64,000 bases of DNA from an uncultured bacterium. Lineage in GTDB: Bacteria > Actinomycetota > Acidimicrobiia > Spongiisociales > ZC4RG35. Made by a program: the position numbers and the translations under genes. Where the stretch lies: positions 387,905 through 451,904 of the forward strand of contig CAWGTX010000006.1 in assembly GCA_963825585.1 (NCBI GenBank), given 5' to 3'. Shown here in pieces: positions 48,210-57,415 of the stretch (position 1 is its first letter; the number at the start of each line of letters is the position of its first letter). The notes beneath the pieces were generated by a model. That model made no database searches. It saw only the letters and a list, made by a program, of their open reading frames with translations, and had not been told where the DNA came from.

Positions 48210-49148
48210 TCATGAGCCCTCGCGGGACCCACTGGGCTCCACCGGTGCCCCCCTGACGATGGCGGGTGCCTCTCCCCCATCCCAGCGAATCGTCACCGTG
48301 TCACCCAGTGCCACCTCCCGGCGGAGCAGAACCAAACCGACCGGCGACGTGAGGGTCTCGCTCACCGACGTGATGGCGCCGACCTCCTTGTCTGCCGCGA
48401 ACACCGGGGCACCTTCCGGTGGCAGCACGTTGCGGGTGATCGCCAGCGACCTCAGGATCCGATTCACATGGCCGCGGCTGTCGATGCGGGCGACCAGCTC
48501 CTGGCCGAGATAACACCCCTTGGTGAACGACACGCTGTCGGGAACGAGCCCGGTCTCTTGAGGAATCGTCGACCCATCGACGTCTACACCGAATACCGGT
48601 TCGCCATGGACCACACGGGCCGCCGAGGTGGCCAGCCTGCCCGCTCTGATCGGCACCGACAACGGCTGCTCGCCGACCACGGCCACACGGTCCAGCCCGC
48701 GCATAGGGGCGGAGACGAACGTCGAGACGCCGCGCTCCTCCCATCCGGTGGTCAGCCCGGTCACTTCAGCGGCGGACGGGCCCCACACCTCCCACACGGG
48801 TCGGTCGTCGAGCCGGACCGTCGCCTTCACTCGGATCCGGTAGTAGTCCAGGTCGTCGACGAGTTTCAGACCCTGACCCGCATCGACGAGCAGGCCCACC
48901 CGCTGCTCACCGCGGGCTACCCGGAGCAGTGCCTTGAGCTTGCCCTGCGGACCCAAAAGAAACGCACGGCCCATCGATCCCGGCGGCATGCCCTCGACGT
49001 CCTGGCTGATGATCCCCTGGAGAAACCTGGTGGCGTCGCGACCTTCCACCCAGACGAGTTCATGGGCGTCGGACACGAGCGCCGCGCCTGTGGTGGCGGC
49101 CCTGTACTCCTCGATCACATCACCGAAGGTTGGTTTCATGATGCCCAT
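48210..49148 (-). CDS. YgfZ/GcvT-family folate-binding protein (aminomethyltransferase-like)
   Basis: Start is MGIMKPTF (49148). '...RFLQGIISQDV...YYRIRV...KGCYLGQE' is a GcvT-fold signature. Confidence 0.7.
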   Translation of the reverse strand: MGIMKPTFGDVIEEYRAATTGAALVSDAHELVWVEGRDATRFLQGIISQDVEGMPPGSMGRAFLLGPQGKLKALLRVARGEQRVGLLVDAGQGLKLVDDLDYYRIRVKATVRLDDRPVWEVWGPSAAEVTGLTTGWEERGVSTFVSAPMRGLDRVAVVGEQPLSVPIRAGRLATSAARVVHGEPVFGVDVDGSTIPQETGLVPDSVSFTKGCYLGQELVARIDSRGHVNRILRSLAITRNVLPPEGAPVFAADKEVGAITSVSETLTSPVGLVLLRREVALGDTVTIRWDGGEAPAIVRGAPVEPSGSREGS

Positions 49149-49170
49149 CCCGATCGTCGCATCTGATCCG

Positions 49171-50670
49171 TCACATCGAGCCGGCGAGGGCGATCGCCTG
49201 GAGGGCGGCGGCGGCCTTTGCCATGGTCTCGTCGAACTCGGCGGAGGGATCCGAATCGGCCACCAACCCGGCCCCCGCCTGGACCCAGGCGGTGGATCCG
49301 GAGATGACGACCGTGCGCAGGCAGATACAGGTGTCGACATTGCCGGTGAAGTCGAGGTAGCCGACGGCACCCGCATAGGGGCCGCGGGCGACGGGCTCGA
49401 GCGAATCGATGATCTCGATGGCGCGGACCTTCGGGGCTCCCGACACCGTGCCGTGCGGGAACGTCGCTCTGATGACATCGACCGGGCCGACTCCGTGCCT
49501 CACCTTGCCCGAGACACCGGAGACGATGTGCATCACGTGGCTGTAGCGCTCGATCACCATCAGGTCGTCGACGGTGACGCTGCCGAATTCGCACACCCTG
49601 CCCAGATCGTTGCGGGCGAGGTCGATGAGCATGACGTGCTCGGCCCGCTCCTTGGGATCGGCCAGGAGGTCCTCCTCCATCACCCTGTCCTCATCGGGGC
49701 CGGCGCCACGTGGGCGGGTACCGGCGATGGGCCGGGAATAGGCGATGCCATCCCTGACACGAGTCATCAACTCGGGTGAGGACCCGACGACCGTCACCTC
49801 GGAGTCCCTCACGAAGAAGAGGAACGGCGAAGGGTTGACCAGCCTGATGGCGCGGTACACCGAGAACGCCTCGCCTTCGAAGGCGGTCTCCAACCGTTGG
49901 CTCACCACGATCTGGAAGGCGTCGCCCTGGGTGATGTACTCCTTGGCGGCGACCACCGCGGCCTCGAAGCCCGGCCGGTCGAAGGTCGAGGTGAACGGCG
50001 GCCGATCGACGGGACGGGGCGCGGCGGAGGCGCTGTAACGAACGCCGTCGCCCAGTCGGTGGGCGTCAACGGCGAGCAACTCGACCGCGCGATCGTACTG
50101 GCTCCCGGGGTCGTCACCCACGAAGACGTTGCGCACAAGCACGATGGTCTGACGGAACCGGTCGATGGCGGCGAGCGCACCCACGAACTGCCACACCATC
50201 TCGGGAAGGCCGCGATCGTCGACCGGGCGGGACGGGATGTGCTCGACGTATCGGACACAGTCGTATCCGAGGTATCCCACCACACCGGAGTGCAGGGGCG
50301 GGAGACCTGGAAGGTCCGGCGTCCGGTACGAGGCGACGAGCGCCTCGAGCACCGTGAGCGGATCTCCCTCGGGCACCACGATCGCCGGATCGTCCACGCT
50401 GCACACACCGTCATGTGATCGGAGGGTGAAGACCGGATCCCAACCCACGAACGACCACCGTGCCCAGGTCTCGCCACCTTCCACCGACTCGAGCAGGAAG
50501 CCCGGTCGGTCGCCGACCAGCTTCTCGAACGTGGTGACCGGGGTCTCCCGATCGGCGAGCACTTCGAGCGTCACCGGCACGACGTTGTGACGGGAGGCGA
50601 GATCGAGGAACTCCTCGCGTGTGGGTGAAGCGATCACGCTCGAAGGGTACCCGACTCCATGAGGCTGCAA
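49171..50670 (-). CDS. trpE: Anthranilate synthase component I
   Basis: Chorismate-binding domain 'GAVGYLDFTGNVDTCICLRT'. 'LESVEGGETW' lies in the N-terminal region. Confidence 0.9.
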   Translation of the reverse strand: MQPHGVGYPSSVIASPTREEFLDLASRHNVVPVTLEVLADRETPVTTFEKLVGDRPGFLLESVEGGETWARWSFVGWDPVFTLRSHDGVCSVDDPAIVVPEGDPLTVLEALVASYRTPDLPGLPPLHSGVVGYLGYDCVRYVEHIPSRPVDDRGLPEMVWQFVGALAAIDRFRQTIVLVRNVFVGDDPGSQYDRAVELLAVDAHRLGDGVRYSASAAPRPVDRPPFTSTFDRPGFEAAVVAAKEYITQGDAFQIVVSQRLETAFEGEAFSVYRAIRLVNPSPFLFFVRDSEVTVVGSSPELMTRVRDGIAYSRPIAGTRPRGAGPDEDRVMEEDLLADPKERAEHVMLIDLARNDLGRVCEFGSVTVDDLMVIERYSHVMHIVSGVSGKVRHGVGPVDVIRATFPHGTVSGAPKVRAIEIIDSLEPVARGPYAGAVGYLDFTGNVDTCICLRTVVISGSTAWVQAGAGLVADSDPSAEFDETMAKAAAALQAIALAGSM

Positions 50671-50692
50671 GGAACGGGGTGATGAGCGAGAC

Positions 50693-50725
50693 CTGGCTAC
50701 TGGCTGCTGGCGACTGGCTGCTGGG
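50693..50725. repeat. Heptamer tandem repeat (CTGGCTN)x5, left arm of an inverted pair
   Basis: cctggcta ctggctg ctggcga ctggctg ctgg. Confidence 0.6.
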
Positions 50726-50802
50726 TCCGACGCAACAAGCAGGGGGCATGTTCTGACTGGCGTCCGGGGATGAGCCTGGGGAGCGATAGGCGGGACTCCG
50801 TT

Positions 50803-50836
50803 CCAGAAGCCAGCAGCCAGCAGCCAGAAGCCAGGT
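50803..50836. repeat. Heptamer tandem repeat in inverted orientation (CCAGNAG)x5, right arm, 10 nt downstream of the ccdA stop
   Basis: ccagaag ccagcag ccagcag ccagaag ccagg. The reverse complement matches the left arm, giving an imperfect 33-nt inverted repeat separated by about 77 nt. Confidence 0.6.
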
Positions 50837-50845
50837 CTCCTGGTG

Positions 50846-51619
50846 TCAGATCTCCGCCAACCGCTCGAGAAACGGGACGGCCAGGAAGAATCTCGACACC
50901 TGGGCCGACAGCCAGCCGACGTTTCCGGTGAACATGATCACGCCGAACACCGCCATGACCACGCCGCCGGCGATGTTGATCGGTCGCATCCACCGGCGGA
51001 AACCCTTGATGGCGGAGAGCGCCCGTGACATACCCACCCCTGCGAGCACGAACGGGACGCCCAGGCCGAGCGAGAAGAACAGCAGCAGCAGCATCCCCTG
51101 CCCGACGGTGTCCTGGGTGGCGGCCACCAACAGGACACCTCCGAGGATCGGGCCGATGCACGGTGTCCACCCGAACCCAAAGGCGAGACCCATGACCGGT
51201 GGTGCCCAGTTACCGAGTCGCGAGGGTCTCACCTCCATCCGGCGCTCCCTGGACAGGAAGCCGAAGAGGCCCTTGGACGAGAACGCCATCCCGATCATGA
51301 CGAGTCCGAACACCAGGATGAGCGCACCGGCAACCTTCTCGGTGACGTTCTGGTTGCGAGCGAGGAAGGTCGAGATCTGGGTTGCGGCCGCGCCGGTGGC
51401 AACGAACACGACGCTGAATCCGAGCACGAACAGGGCGGTCACACGCAGCATGCGGCCCCGTGAGGCGGTTCCGTCCTGCAGGCTCGAAACCGAATAGCCC
51501 GACATGAGGCCGAGATATCCGGGCAGCAGCGGGAGGACACACGGCGACAGGAAAGCGAGGATCCCACCCCCGAATGCGAGGGCCAGTTGCAACAGGTAGC
51601 TCGATTCGGCGAAGTCCAT
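50846..51619 (-). CDS. ccdA: Cytochrome c-type biogenesis protein CcdA (DsbD-family thiol-disulfide transporter)
   Basis: Start is MDFAESS (51619). 'LAFLSPCVLPLLPGYL' is the CxxxP motif. Second Cys is in 'GWTPCIGPILG'. Confidence 0.85.
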   Translation of the reverse strand: MDFAESSYLLQLALAFGGGILAFLSPCVLPLLPGYLGLMSGYSVSSLQDGTASRGRMLRVTALFVLGFSVVFVATGAAATQISTFLARNQNVTEKVAGALILVFGLVMIGMAFSSKGLFGFLSRERRMEVRPSRLGNWAPPVMGLAFGFGWTPCIGPILGGVLLVAATQDTVGQGMLLLLFFSLGLGVPFVLAGVGMSRALSAIKGFRRWMRPINIAGGVVMAVFGVIMFTGNVGWLSAQVSRFFLAVPFLERLAEI

Positions 51620-51680
51620 GAAACGATCAACTCTTGTCGGGGCCGTCATCTTCCCAGGCCGTGGGCCGTAGGCTGGCACC

Positions 51681-52898
51681 GTGCGGAGAGTGTTTCGCAG
51701 TTTGTTCCCATTTCGCGAGCTCACCGCCGTCGAACGGAGGCTCGTGCTCCTGCTGTGGGTCATGGGCGTCCTCCAGGGTGTCGCCCAGTCGCCCCTGTCC
51801 GCCCTCGTTCCTTTCACCCGGGTGGGACTCGGACTCACCCAGGGTGAGATGAGCCTGGTACTGGCCGTCACCCGGCTGGCTTCGCTCGGTGCAGTGGGGT
51901 TTTCGTGGTGGGGTGACAGGAACGGTCGTCGTCGGCCGTTCCTGGCCGCTTTCCTCGCCATGACCGGTGCGTCGGCCGTCACCGCCCTCTCCCCCGACGC
52001 CGTCTGGTTCACGGCCGCCCAGGGGGTGTCCCGGATCGCCACCACCGCCGTCGGCACGCTGGCCGTTGTGCTCCTGGCCGAACGGGTACGCCCCGGACAC
52101 CGCGCCTTTTCGATCGGTCTCTATGCGGCCGCCGGAAGTCTCGGGGCCGGTGTGGGCCAGCTCATGGTGCCGATCGCCGACCTCTCCCCCGAGTCCTGGC
52201 GGTACGCGTTTGCGCTTCCGGTGCTCGGACTGGCTGCGTTCCCGATTCTCCAAAAGGTCGAGGAGTCGCCGCTCGTCGATACAACCCCGGCGGCCGTTCC
52301 GATCAGAGACCTCCTGTTCGGATCGTTGAGTCGATCCTTCTGGGTGGCAGGGGTGGCGGGTCTGCTGGCGTCGGCCTTCCCCGCCGTGGCTCTCGCCTTC
52401 ACGACCGAGCGGCTCATCAACGACCTCGGCTACACGGCCGGTACCGCCACCGCGATCGCGTTGACCGGTGGGACGCTGGGAGCGATGGGCTTCTGGATTG
52501 GTGGCCGTTTGGCCGACGTGTGGGGTCGCAAACTCACCACCGTGCTGTCGCTGCTGATGGCGACCGGCGGCGGGATCCTCCTGTTCGAGGTGGAGTCGAT
52601 CCCGGCGCTGGTGGCGGCCATCGTGATCGGCGGCTTCGGATCCTTCGCCTACGTACCCGCCGCTTCGAGTCATCGGGCCGAACTGTTCCCCACCGAGATC
52701 CGCGCAACCGCAGGCACGGCGGGGGCCTATCTGGGAACGGTGGGCTCGGCCGCCGGACTCGGTGTGGGCGCGCTCCTCATCGACCGGATCGGCCTGACCG
52801 ACACGTTGTTGGTGTTGGCGGCACCCATGCTGATGGCGTCGCTCCTCACCCTCACGCTCCCCGAGACGCGTGGGCGCCCGCTCGGTGAGACCCGGTGA
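51681..52898 (+). CDS. MFS transporter
   Basis: 405 aa with 12 TM helices and 'GDRNGRRRPFL' (MFS motif A-like). Confidence 0.8.
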   Translation: MRRVFRSLFPFRELTAVERRLVLLLWVMGVLQGVAQSPLSALVPFTRVGLGLTQGEMSLVLAVTRLASLGAVGFSWWGDRNGRRRPFLAAFLAMTGASAVTALSPDAVWFTAAQGVSRIATTAVGTLAVVLLAERVRPGHRAFSIGLYAAAGSLGAGVGQLMVPIADLSPESWRYAFALPVLGLAAFPILQKVEESPLVDTTPAAVPIRDLLFGSLSRSFWVAGVAGLLASAFPAVALAFTTERLINDLGYTAGTATAIALTGGTLGAMGFWIGGRLADVWGRKLTTVLSLLMATGGGILLFEVESIPALVAAIVIGGFGSFAYVPAASSHRAELFPTEIRATAGTAGAYLGTVGSAAGLGVGALLIDRIGLTDTLLVLAAPMLMASLLTLTLPETRGRPLGETR

Positions 52899-52925
52899 CC
52901 CACCGGCCGGCGGAGTCGGTGGAGG

Positions 52926-54260
52926 TCACGATCGCATCGGCCGGGCGGCGCTGAACGCCCGTCGGTAACCGGCACCCAGCACCAGCCCGCGGGCCGTCAC
53001 CATCGCAACCATCGTCCACCACACGCCCGGCAGCCCCCAGCCTCGTGCCAGGGTGAGCGCCGCCCCGGTCAGCATGGCGGCGAAACCCGCTGCGGTCGAG
53101 CCGGCCAGGCGTCGCATCCGCATGAGAGCCATGTAGACGCCGTCGCTGACGAACAACAACGCCGCCAGGGGCTGCATGAGGGCGGCGATGACGAGAGCTT
53201 CGGAGGCCTGGGCCCGGACCTCCGGATCGTCGGTGAACACCCCGACGATCGGTCCACTCGAGCCCCACAGGAGCGCGCCCAGCACGAACCCGGCCGCCAG
53301 GCCCCAGCGGTGTAGCCGAGCCGAGAGCGCCCGCGCCGTATTGATGCGTCCCGCCCCGGACAGCTCGGCGATCATTGCCTGGGCGGCGATCGCCAGGGCA
53401 TCGACCACGAGGGCGAGCAGGAACCACAGCTGGGAGACGATCTGGTGGGCCGCCACCGCCTTCGTACCCACCCTGGTGGCGGTTGCCGTCGCCACCGCCA
53501 GTGAGGCGACCAGGAGCAGGGTGCGAAGCATCAGCACCCCTCCCACCCGGAGCAGCGGACCACTGCCCGTGAGTTCGACCCGCCCCGTACGCCAACCCTC
53601 CTCGATGGCCCGCCTCCTGATGAGCAGGAGGAACCCGGCCGCCCCGGCCCATTGCGCCACCACCGTCGCCATAGCGGCGCCATCCAGCCCGAACCCGGCT
53701 CCGAACATCAGAACGGGGTCGAGCAGGGCGTTCACCCCGTTGACCACGAGAGTCAGCGCCAGCGGAGTCCGGGTGTCCTGAAATCCTCTGAAGGCGCCGT
53801 GGCCGGCCGTGATCACGAGCAGTGCGGGAAGGGCTGTCGCCCTGATCCTGAGATACGACACGGCCGGCTCCGCCACCCCGGGCCCAGGGTCGAACAGCGC
53901 GACCAGGATGGGCGCAGCGATTGCCAGGATCGCGCCGGCACCCACTCCGATCACGAGTCCCAGAGCGAGGGCCTGGCGAACCACGTCGCCCGAGGAGCGA
54001 AGATCCCCACGACCGCGGGCGGCTGCCACCAGCGGCGTGGTGGCATAGGCGAGGAAGTTGAATGCGGCGAAGGCGAACCCGAAGATCGCCACGTCGATGC
54101 CGAGCGCGGCCAGAGCGGTCGGACCCAGACGACCCACGAAAGCCGTGTCGACGAGCGAGACCAGCGGATCCGCCGCCAGCGCTCCCAGGGCGGGAATCAC
54201 CAACCCGAGGATGCGTCGGGTCGACGGTGCGCTCAGATCGGCTTGTTCGGCCACGGGCAT
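52926..54260 (-). CDS. MATE-family efflux transporter
   Basis: Start is MPVAEQ (54260). 12 TM helices. 'LVDTAFVGRLGPTALAALG' is the MATE N-terminal signature. Confidence 0.85.
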   Translation of the reverse strand: MPVAEQADLSAPSTRRILGLVIPALGALAADPLVSLVDTAFVGRLGPTALAALGIDVAIFGFAFAAFNFLAYATTPLVAAARGRGDLRSSGDVVRQALALGLVIGVGAGAILAIAAPILVALFDPGPGVAEPAVSYLRIRATALPALLVITAGHGAFRGFQDTRTPLALTLVVNGVNALLDPVLMFGAGFGLDGAAMATVVAQWAGAAGFLLLIRRRAIEEGWRTGRVELTGSGPLLRVGGVLMLRTLLLVASLAVATATATRVGTKAVAAHQIVSQLWFLLALVVDALAIAAQAMIAELSGAGRINTARALSARLHRWGLAAGFVLGALLWGSSGPIVGVFTDDPEVRAQASEALVIAALMQPLAALLFVSDGVYMALMRMRRLAGSTAAGFAAMLTGAALTLARGWGLPGVWWTMVAMVTARGLVLGAGYRRAFSAARPMRS

Positions 54261-54961
54261 CGTCGTAGGAGGGGACAAGTCGTGCAGTCCGGTGCCTTGG
54301 CGGTGCATATGTCCCGACCCAGTTGGATGATGCGCATCGACAGACCGGCCCACTCGCTCTGCGGGAAGAGGGCTTTCAGGTCGCGTTCGATCTTCACGGG
54401 ATCGGTGTTGACCGTGAGCCCGAGCCGCCCGGAGACCCGCTTCACGTGTGTGTCGACCGCGACGGCGGGATCACCCCAGATCTCGGCCAGCACCACCGAT
54501 GCGGTCTTCCGCCCGACCCCGGTCAGTGACGTGAGGTCGTCGAGATCCCGCGGGACCTCACCGTCGAAGCGTTCGACGAGGTCGGCCGCCAGCGCCACCA
54601 CGGCCGCTGACTTCTGGCGGTAGAAGCCGGTCGAGAACACGATCTGTTCGACGTCCTCCACGTTTGCCTCTGCGAGGTCGTGCGGGGAGGGGTACCGGGC
54701 GAACAGGTCGGGAGAGACCCGGTTCACCGTCTCGTCGGTGGTCTGAGCGGAGAGGACCGTGACCACCAACAACTGCCAGGCACTGTCGTGGTGGAGGGCG
54801 GTGCGGATGGTGGGGTAGGCCTGGTGCAGCCCGCGCAGCACCGCCGTGGCGTGCCGCTTCTCGGCGGGGCTGGGGATGGTTCCATCGTGGCGTGTCTCGG
54901 GCACGGTCGCCGATGGTACCGGTAGGCTCACACCCGTGTCAGACCTACTGAAATCAACCAT
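54233..54961 (-). CDS. nth: Endonuclease III
   Basis: HhH-GPD 'LTSLTGVGRKTASVVL'. [4Fe-4S] cluster 'CTAKAPDCTTCPLLRRC'. Start is MVDFS (54961). The upstream 168 aa of the raw ORF are not protein-like. Confidence 0.85.
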   Translation of the reverse strand: MVDFSRSDTGVSLPVPSATVPETRHDGTIPSPAEKRHATAVLRGLHQAYPTIRTALHHDSAWQLLVVTVLSAQTTDETVNRVSPDLFARYPSPHDLAEANVEDVEQIVFSTGFYRQKSAAVVALAADLVERFDGEVPRDLDDLTSLTGVGRKTASVVLAEIWGDPAVAVDTHVKRVSGRLGLTVNTDPVKIERDLKALFPQSEWAGLSMRIIQLGRDICTAKAPDCTTCPLLRRCPWPNKPI

Positions 54962-55493
54962 TCGAACCCAGGGTCGGGTGGCCGGCGACCTGGTCATGGT
55001 CGACGGCTTCCTCAACCACAGGGTCGATGTAGCGCTCATGGGCGACATCGGTACCTGGCTGGCGGACGCGATCGGGCCCTGTAACGCCATCATCACCTCG
55101 GAGGCGTCCGGTATCGCCCCGGCTTTCGCGACGGCGGCGGCTCTGGGGGTACCGATGGTGTTCGCCAAAAAACGGCCCGGCACCCCGCCGGGTCCGATCT
55201 CTCGGAGCGTCCACTCCCCCACCAAGGGCGACACTCCATGGCTGCACATCTCCCCGAGCGCACTCGAAGGGCTGGAGCGGGTGGCCATCGTCGACGACTT
55301 CCTGTCGCGGGGGCGGACGGCGGGAGCGCTCGTCGAGATGCTCGAGGAATCCGCCCTCCGGGTGGCGTGTGTGGGGTTCTGCATCGAGAAGGCATACGAG
55401 GGCGGTCGCGCTCTCCTCGAGGACCTGGGCGTGCGGGTTGTGTCGGCCGCCGTGATCAGCGGCATCGAGAACGGAAGGCCGGTCGTTGCCTGA
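54936..55493 (+). CDS. xpt: Xanthine phosphoribosyltransferase
   Basis: 'LVMVDGFLNHRVDVALMGDIG' matches Xpt 'VDSFLNHQIDPLLM'. PRPP motif 'VAIVDDFLSRGRTAGAL'. GTG start proposed at 54936. The start diverges from, and overlaps, the nth start. Confidence 0.7.
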   Translation: MSDLLKSTIRTQGRVAGDLVMVDGFLNHRVDVALMGDIGTWLADAIGPCNAIITSEASGIAPAFATAAALGVPMVFAKKRPGTPPGPISRSVHSPTKGDTPWLHISPSALEGLERVAIVDDFLSRGRTAGALVEMLEESALRVACVGFCIEKAYEGGRALLEDLGVRVVSAAVISGIENGRPVVA

Positions 55494-55947
55494 ACTTGCT
55501 GCCGTGATAGACCGGGTGCAAGCGGCCTACGGTCATGCCTGCTTCGCGTGCGGTCGGGACAACCCGATCGGCATGCACCTGGAGCTTCTCGGGGTCAGCG
55601 ACGGATGGGTGGAGGCCGCCTTCACCCCGCGTCCGGACTTCCGCGGTGCTCCGGATGTGGTTCATGGTGGGGTGACAGCCGCAGCCCTCGACGAGATCCT
55701 GGTGTGGGCGGGCATCGTCATGGAGAACGTCATGACGGTTACGGGGCGCCTCGACCTGCGGTATCGGCGTCCGATCCACCTCGGCGAGACGGTCATGGCC
55801 CGCGGCCGTGTCGACAACCGTAGCGGACGCCGTCTCACCATCTCGGGCAACCTGATGGTGGGCGGACACATTGCGGCTGAGGCAACCGGGCTCTACCTCG
55901 TGTCAGCTTCGGTCGATGAACTCCCGCCGGTGGACCGGGCCGAATGA
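55486..55947 (+). CDS. Hotdog-fold thioesterase (PaaI/4HBT family)
   Basis: 'DVVHGGVTAAALDEILVWAG' gives the HGG motif. Confidence 0.75.
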   Translation: MPELAAVIDRVQAAYGHACFACGRDNPIGMHLELLGVSDGWVEAAFTPRPDFRGAPDVVHGGVTAAALDEILVWAGIVMENVMTVTGRLDLRYRRPIHLGETVMARGRVDNRSGRRLTISGNLMVGGHIAAEATGLYLVSASVDELPPVDRAE

Positions 55948-56819
55948 GCGATCAAGCTCCGTACACGGTCCTCGTTGTCTCTTCGCTCGCCTTCGGTTTT
56001 GCCTACCCGGTGATCGAGGGCACGATCCCCGACCTCGGCGCCGCCGGCGCTGCCGGGTGGAGGCTCCTGATCGCATCGGTATCGCTGCTCGCACTCGCCT
56101 TCCCGACCCAGGCCAGGCTGTGGCGCGACGGTGCGGTAGGGGGCCTTTGGCTGGCGGCGGCCTTCTCGCTGCAGGCACAGGCGCTCGAGCTCGGGCCAAT
56201 CTCCATCACGGCGGCACTCATCTCGCTCATGGTGGTGCTGGCACCGATCGCAAACGCCGCCGTGCGCCGGTCGGCCCCGGGACCATGGGTGGTGGTGGGA
56301 GCGGCGCTGGGTTTCGTCGGAGTGGTGCTGGTCGGGCTCGGCGACACCTTCGACCTCGATCGCAGCCACCTGCTGGCACTGGCGTCGGCGGCGATGTTCG
56401 CCGGTCACCTCACCTACCTGGCCCGAACCGCCGGCCGGCACGTGCTGGTGCCGTTCACCGGTGTGCAGTTGCTGGTGGCTGGTCTCGTGGCGGTGGTCGT
56501 TTCGCTCGTCACCGGCGGACCGGCCCTTCCTCCCGGCCCGTCGGTCGCCGGCCTGGCCGGTGGCGGACTGCTGCTGGGTGCCGCCCCTGTACTCGGACAG
56601 GTGTGGAGCCAGGGTCGCCTGGGTGCGGTCCGCACCACCCGAGGGCTGACGTTGGTGCCGCTTGGCGCCGTGATCGGAGCGGTGGGCTTCTCGGGGGAAC
56701 GCCTGAGCGCCCAGGGCTGGATCGGAGTCGCCGTGCTTATGGGAGCGGCCCTGATGGTGACGGTGCGAAGCCACGACCCCGAGGTGCTGATGGCGCGGTC
56801 GGTGAGCGCAGGCCACTAG
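55944..56819 (+). CDS. DMT-superfamily (EamA) transporter
   Basis: 291 aa with 10 TM helices in two EamA-like halves. Confidence 0.8.
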   Translation: MSDQAPYTVLVVSSLAFGFAYPVIEGTIPDLGAAGAAGWRLLIASVSLLALAFPTQARLWRDGAVGGLWLAAAFSLQAQALELGPISITAALISLMVVLAPIANAAVRRSAPGPWVVVGAALGFVGVVLVGLGDTFDLDRSHLLALASAAMFAGHLTYLARTAGRHVLVPFTGVQLLVAGLVAVVVSLVTGGPALPPGPSVAGLAGGGLLLGAAPVLGQVWSQGRLGAVRTTRGLTLVPLGAVIGAVGFSGERLSAQGWIGVAVLMGAALMVTVRSHDPEVLMARSVSAGH

Positions 56820-56884
56820 CGGGCGCCGCTTGGACTGGGAAACCAGGGACGGGGTCCTGCCGCGGGAGGGGGTCGACAGGTTCA

Positions 56885-56960
56885 CGGGTCAACAGGTCAA
56901 CAGGACCGGAATCGGCGGCTTGACCTCTTGACTCGTATACCTGTTGACTCGCTGACCGTC
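56885..56960. promoter_or_regulatory. Cluster of GTCAACAG direct repeats and CTGTTGAC inverted copies (candidate operator array)
   Basis: ggGTCAACAGGTCAACAGG...cTTGACctcTTGACtcgtataCCTGTTGACtcg. The same 8-mer recurs at 59185-59270. Confidence 0.3.
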
Positions 56961-57027
56961 CGTCCCCATCCGCCAGGTCTCCGGATACCCGACCCGGCAC
57001 AGGCCGAGTCTCCGTCGAGCTGTGCGA

Positions 57028-57315
57028 TCATCGACGCCGGTCGGGCGCAACCGCCCGACGGGTCAGGCGTCGTGCCAGATGGGTGGTCAGCCGGAATCCA
57101 CCGAGGACGACCAGCATGCCCACGGTGAGAGCGGTCATCAGCTCGGGCGCCGCGGTGTAGGGGTTGCGGCACGACCGAACGCCGAGCGGGCACAGTCCGT
57201 AGCCCGTACCGCCACCAGCCAGATCGAAGAGCACGAGCAGCGGGAAGGCCGCCATCGCCACCGCGGCGAGGATGAGGACGAGCCTGAGCGCCCGCACGAC
57301 GATTCGGGGATCCAT
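57028..57315 (-). CDS. Small hypothetical membrane protein (about 95 aa, 2 TM helices)
   Basis: MDPRIVVRALRLVLILAAVAMAAFPLLVLF...LTVGMLVVLGGF. The N-terminal extension of the raw ORF is not protein-like. Confidence 0.4.
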   Translation of the reverse strand: MDPRIVVRALRLVLILAAVAMAAFPLLVLFDLAGGGTGYGLCPLGVRSCRNPYTAAPELMTALTVGMLVVLGGFRLTTHLARRLTRRAVAPDRRR

Positions 57316-57415
57316 GTCGATCAGAGTAACGCCCGCCACACCCGTCCTGGTTCCCGGGTCGATTGGCGGATGACGTCGGGCTGGGTGGTCAGCGATCGCT
57401 GGGCTGGGCGGGCGG

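Noticed and set aside
50690-50840. Heptamer repeats as a trp attenuator leader peptide
   Set aside because: There is no short ORF with tandem Trp codons. UGG triplets fall in shifting frames because of the 7-nt period. It was reported as a repeat or hairpin only.
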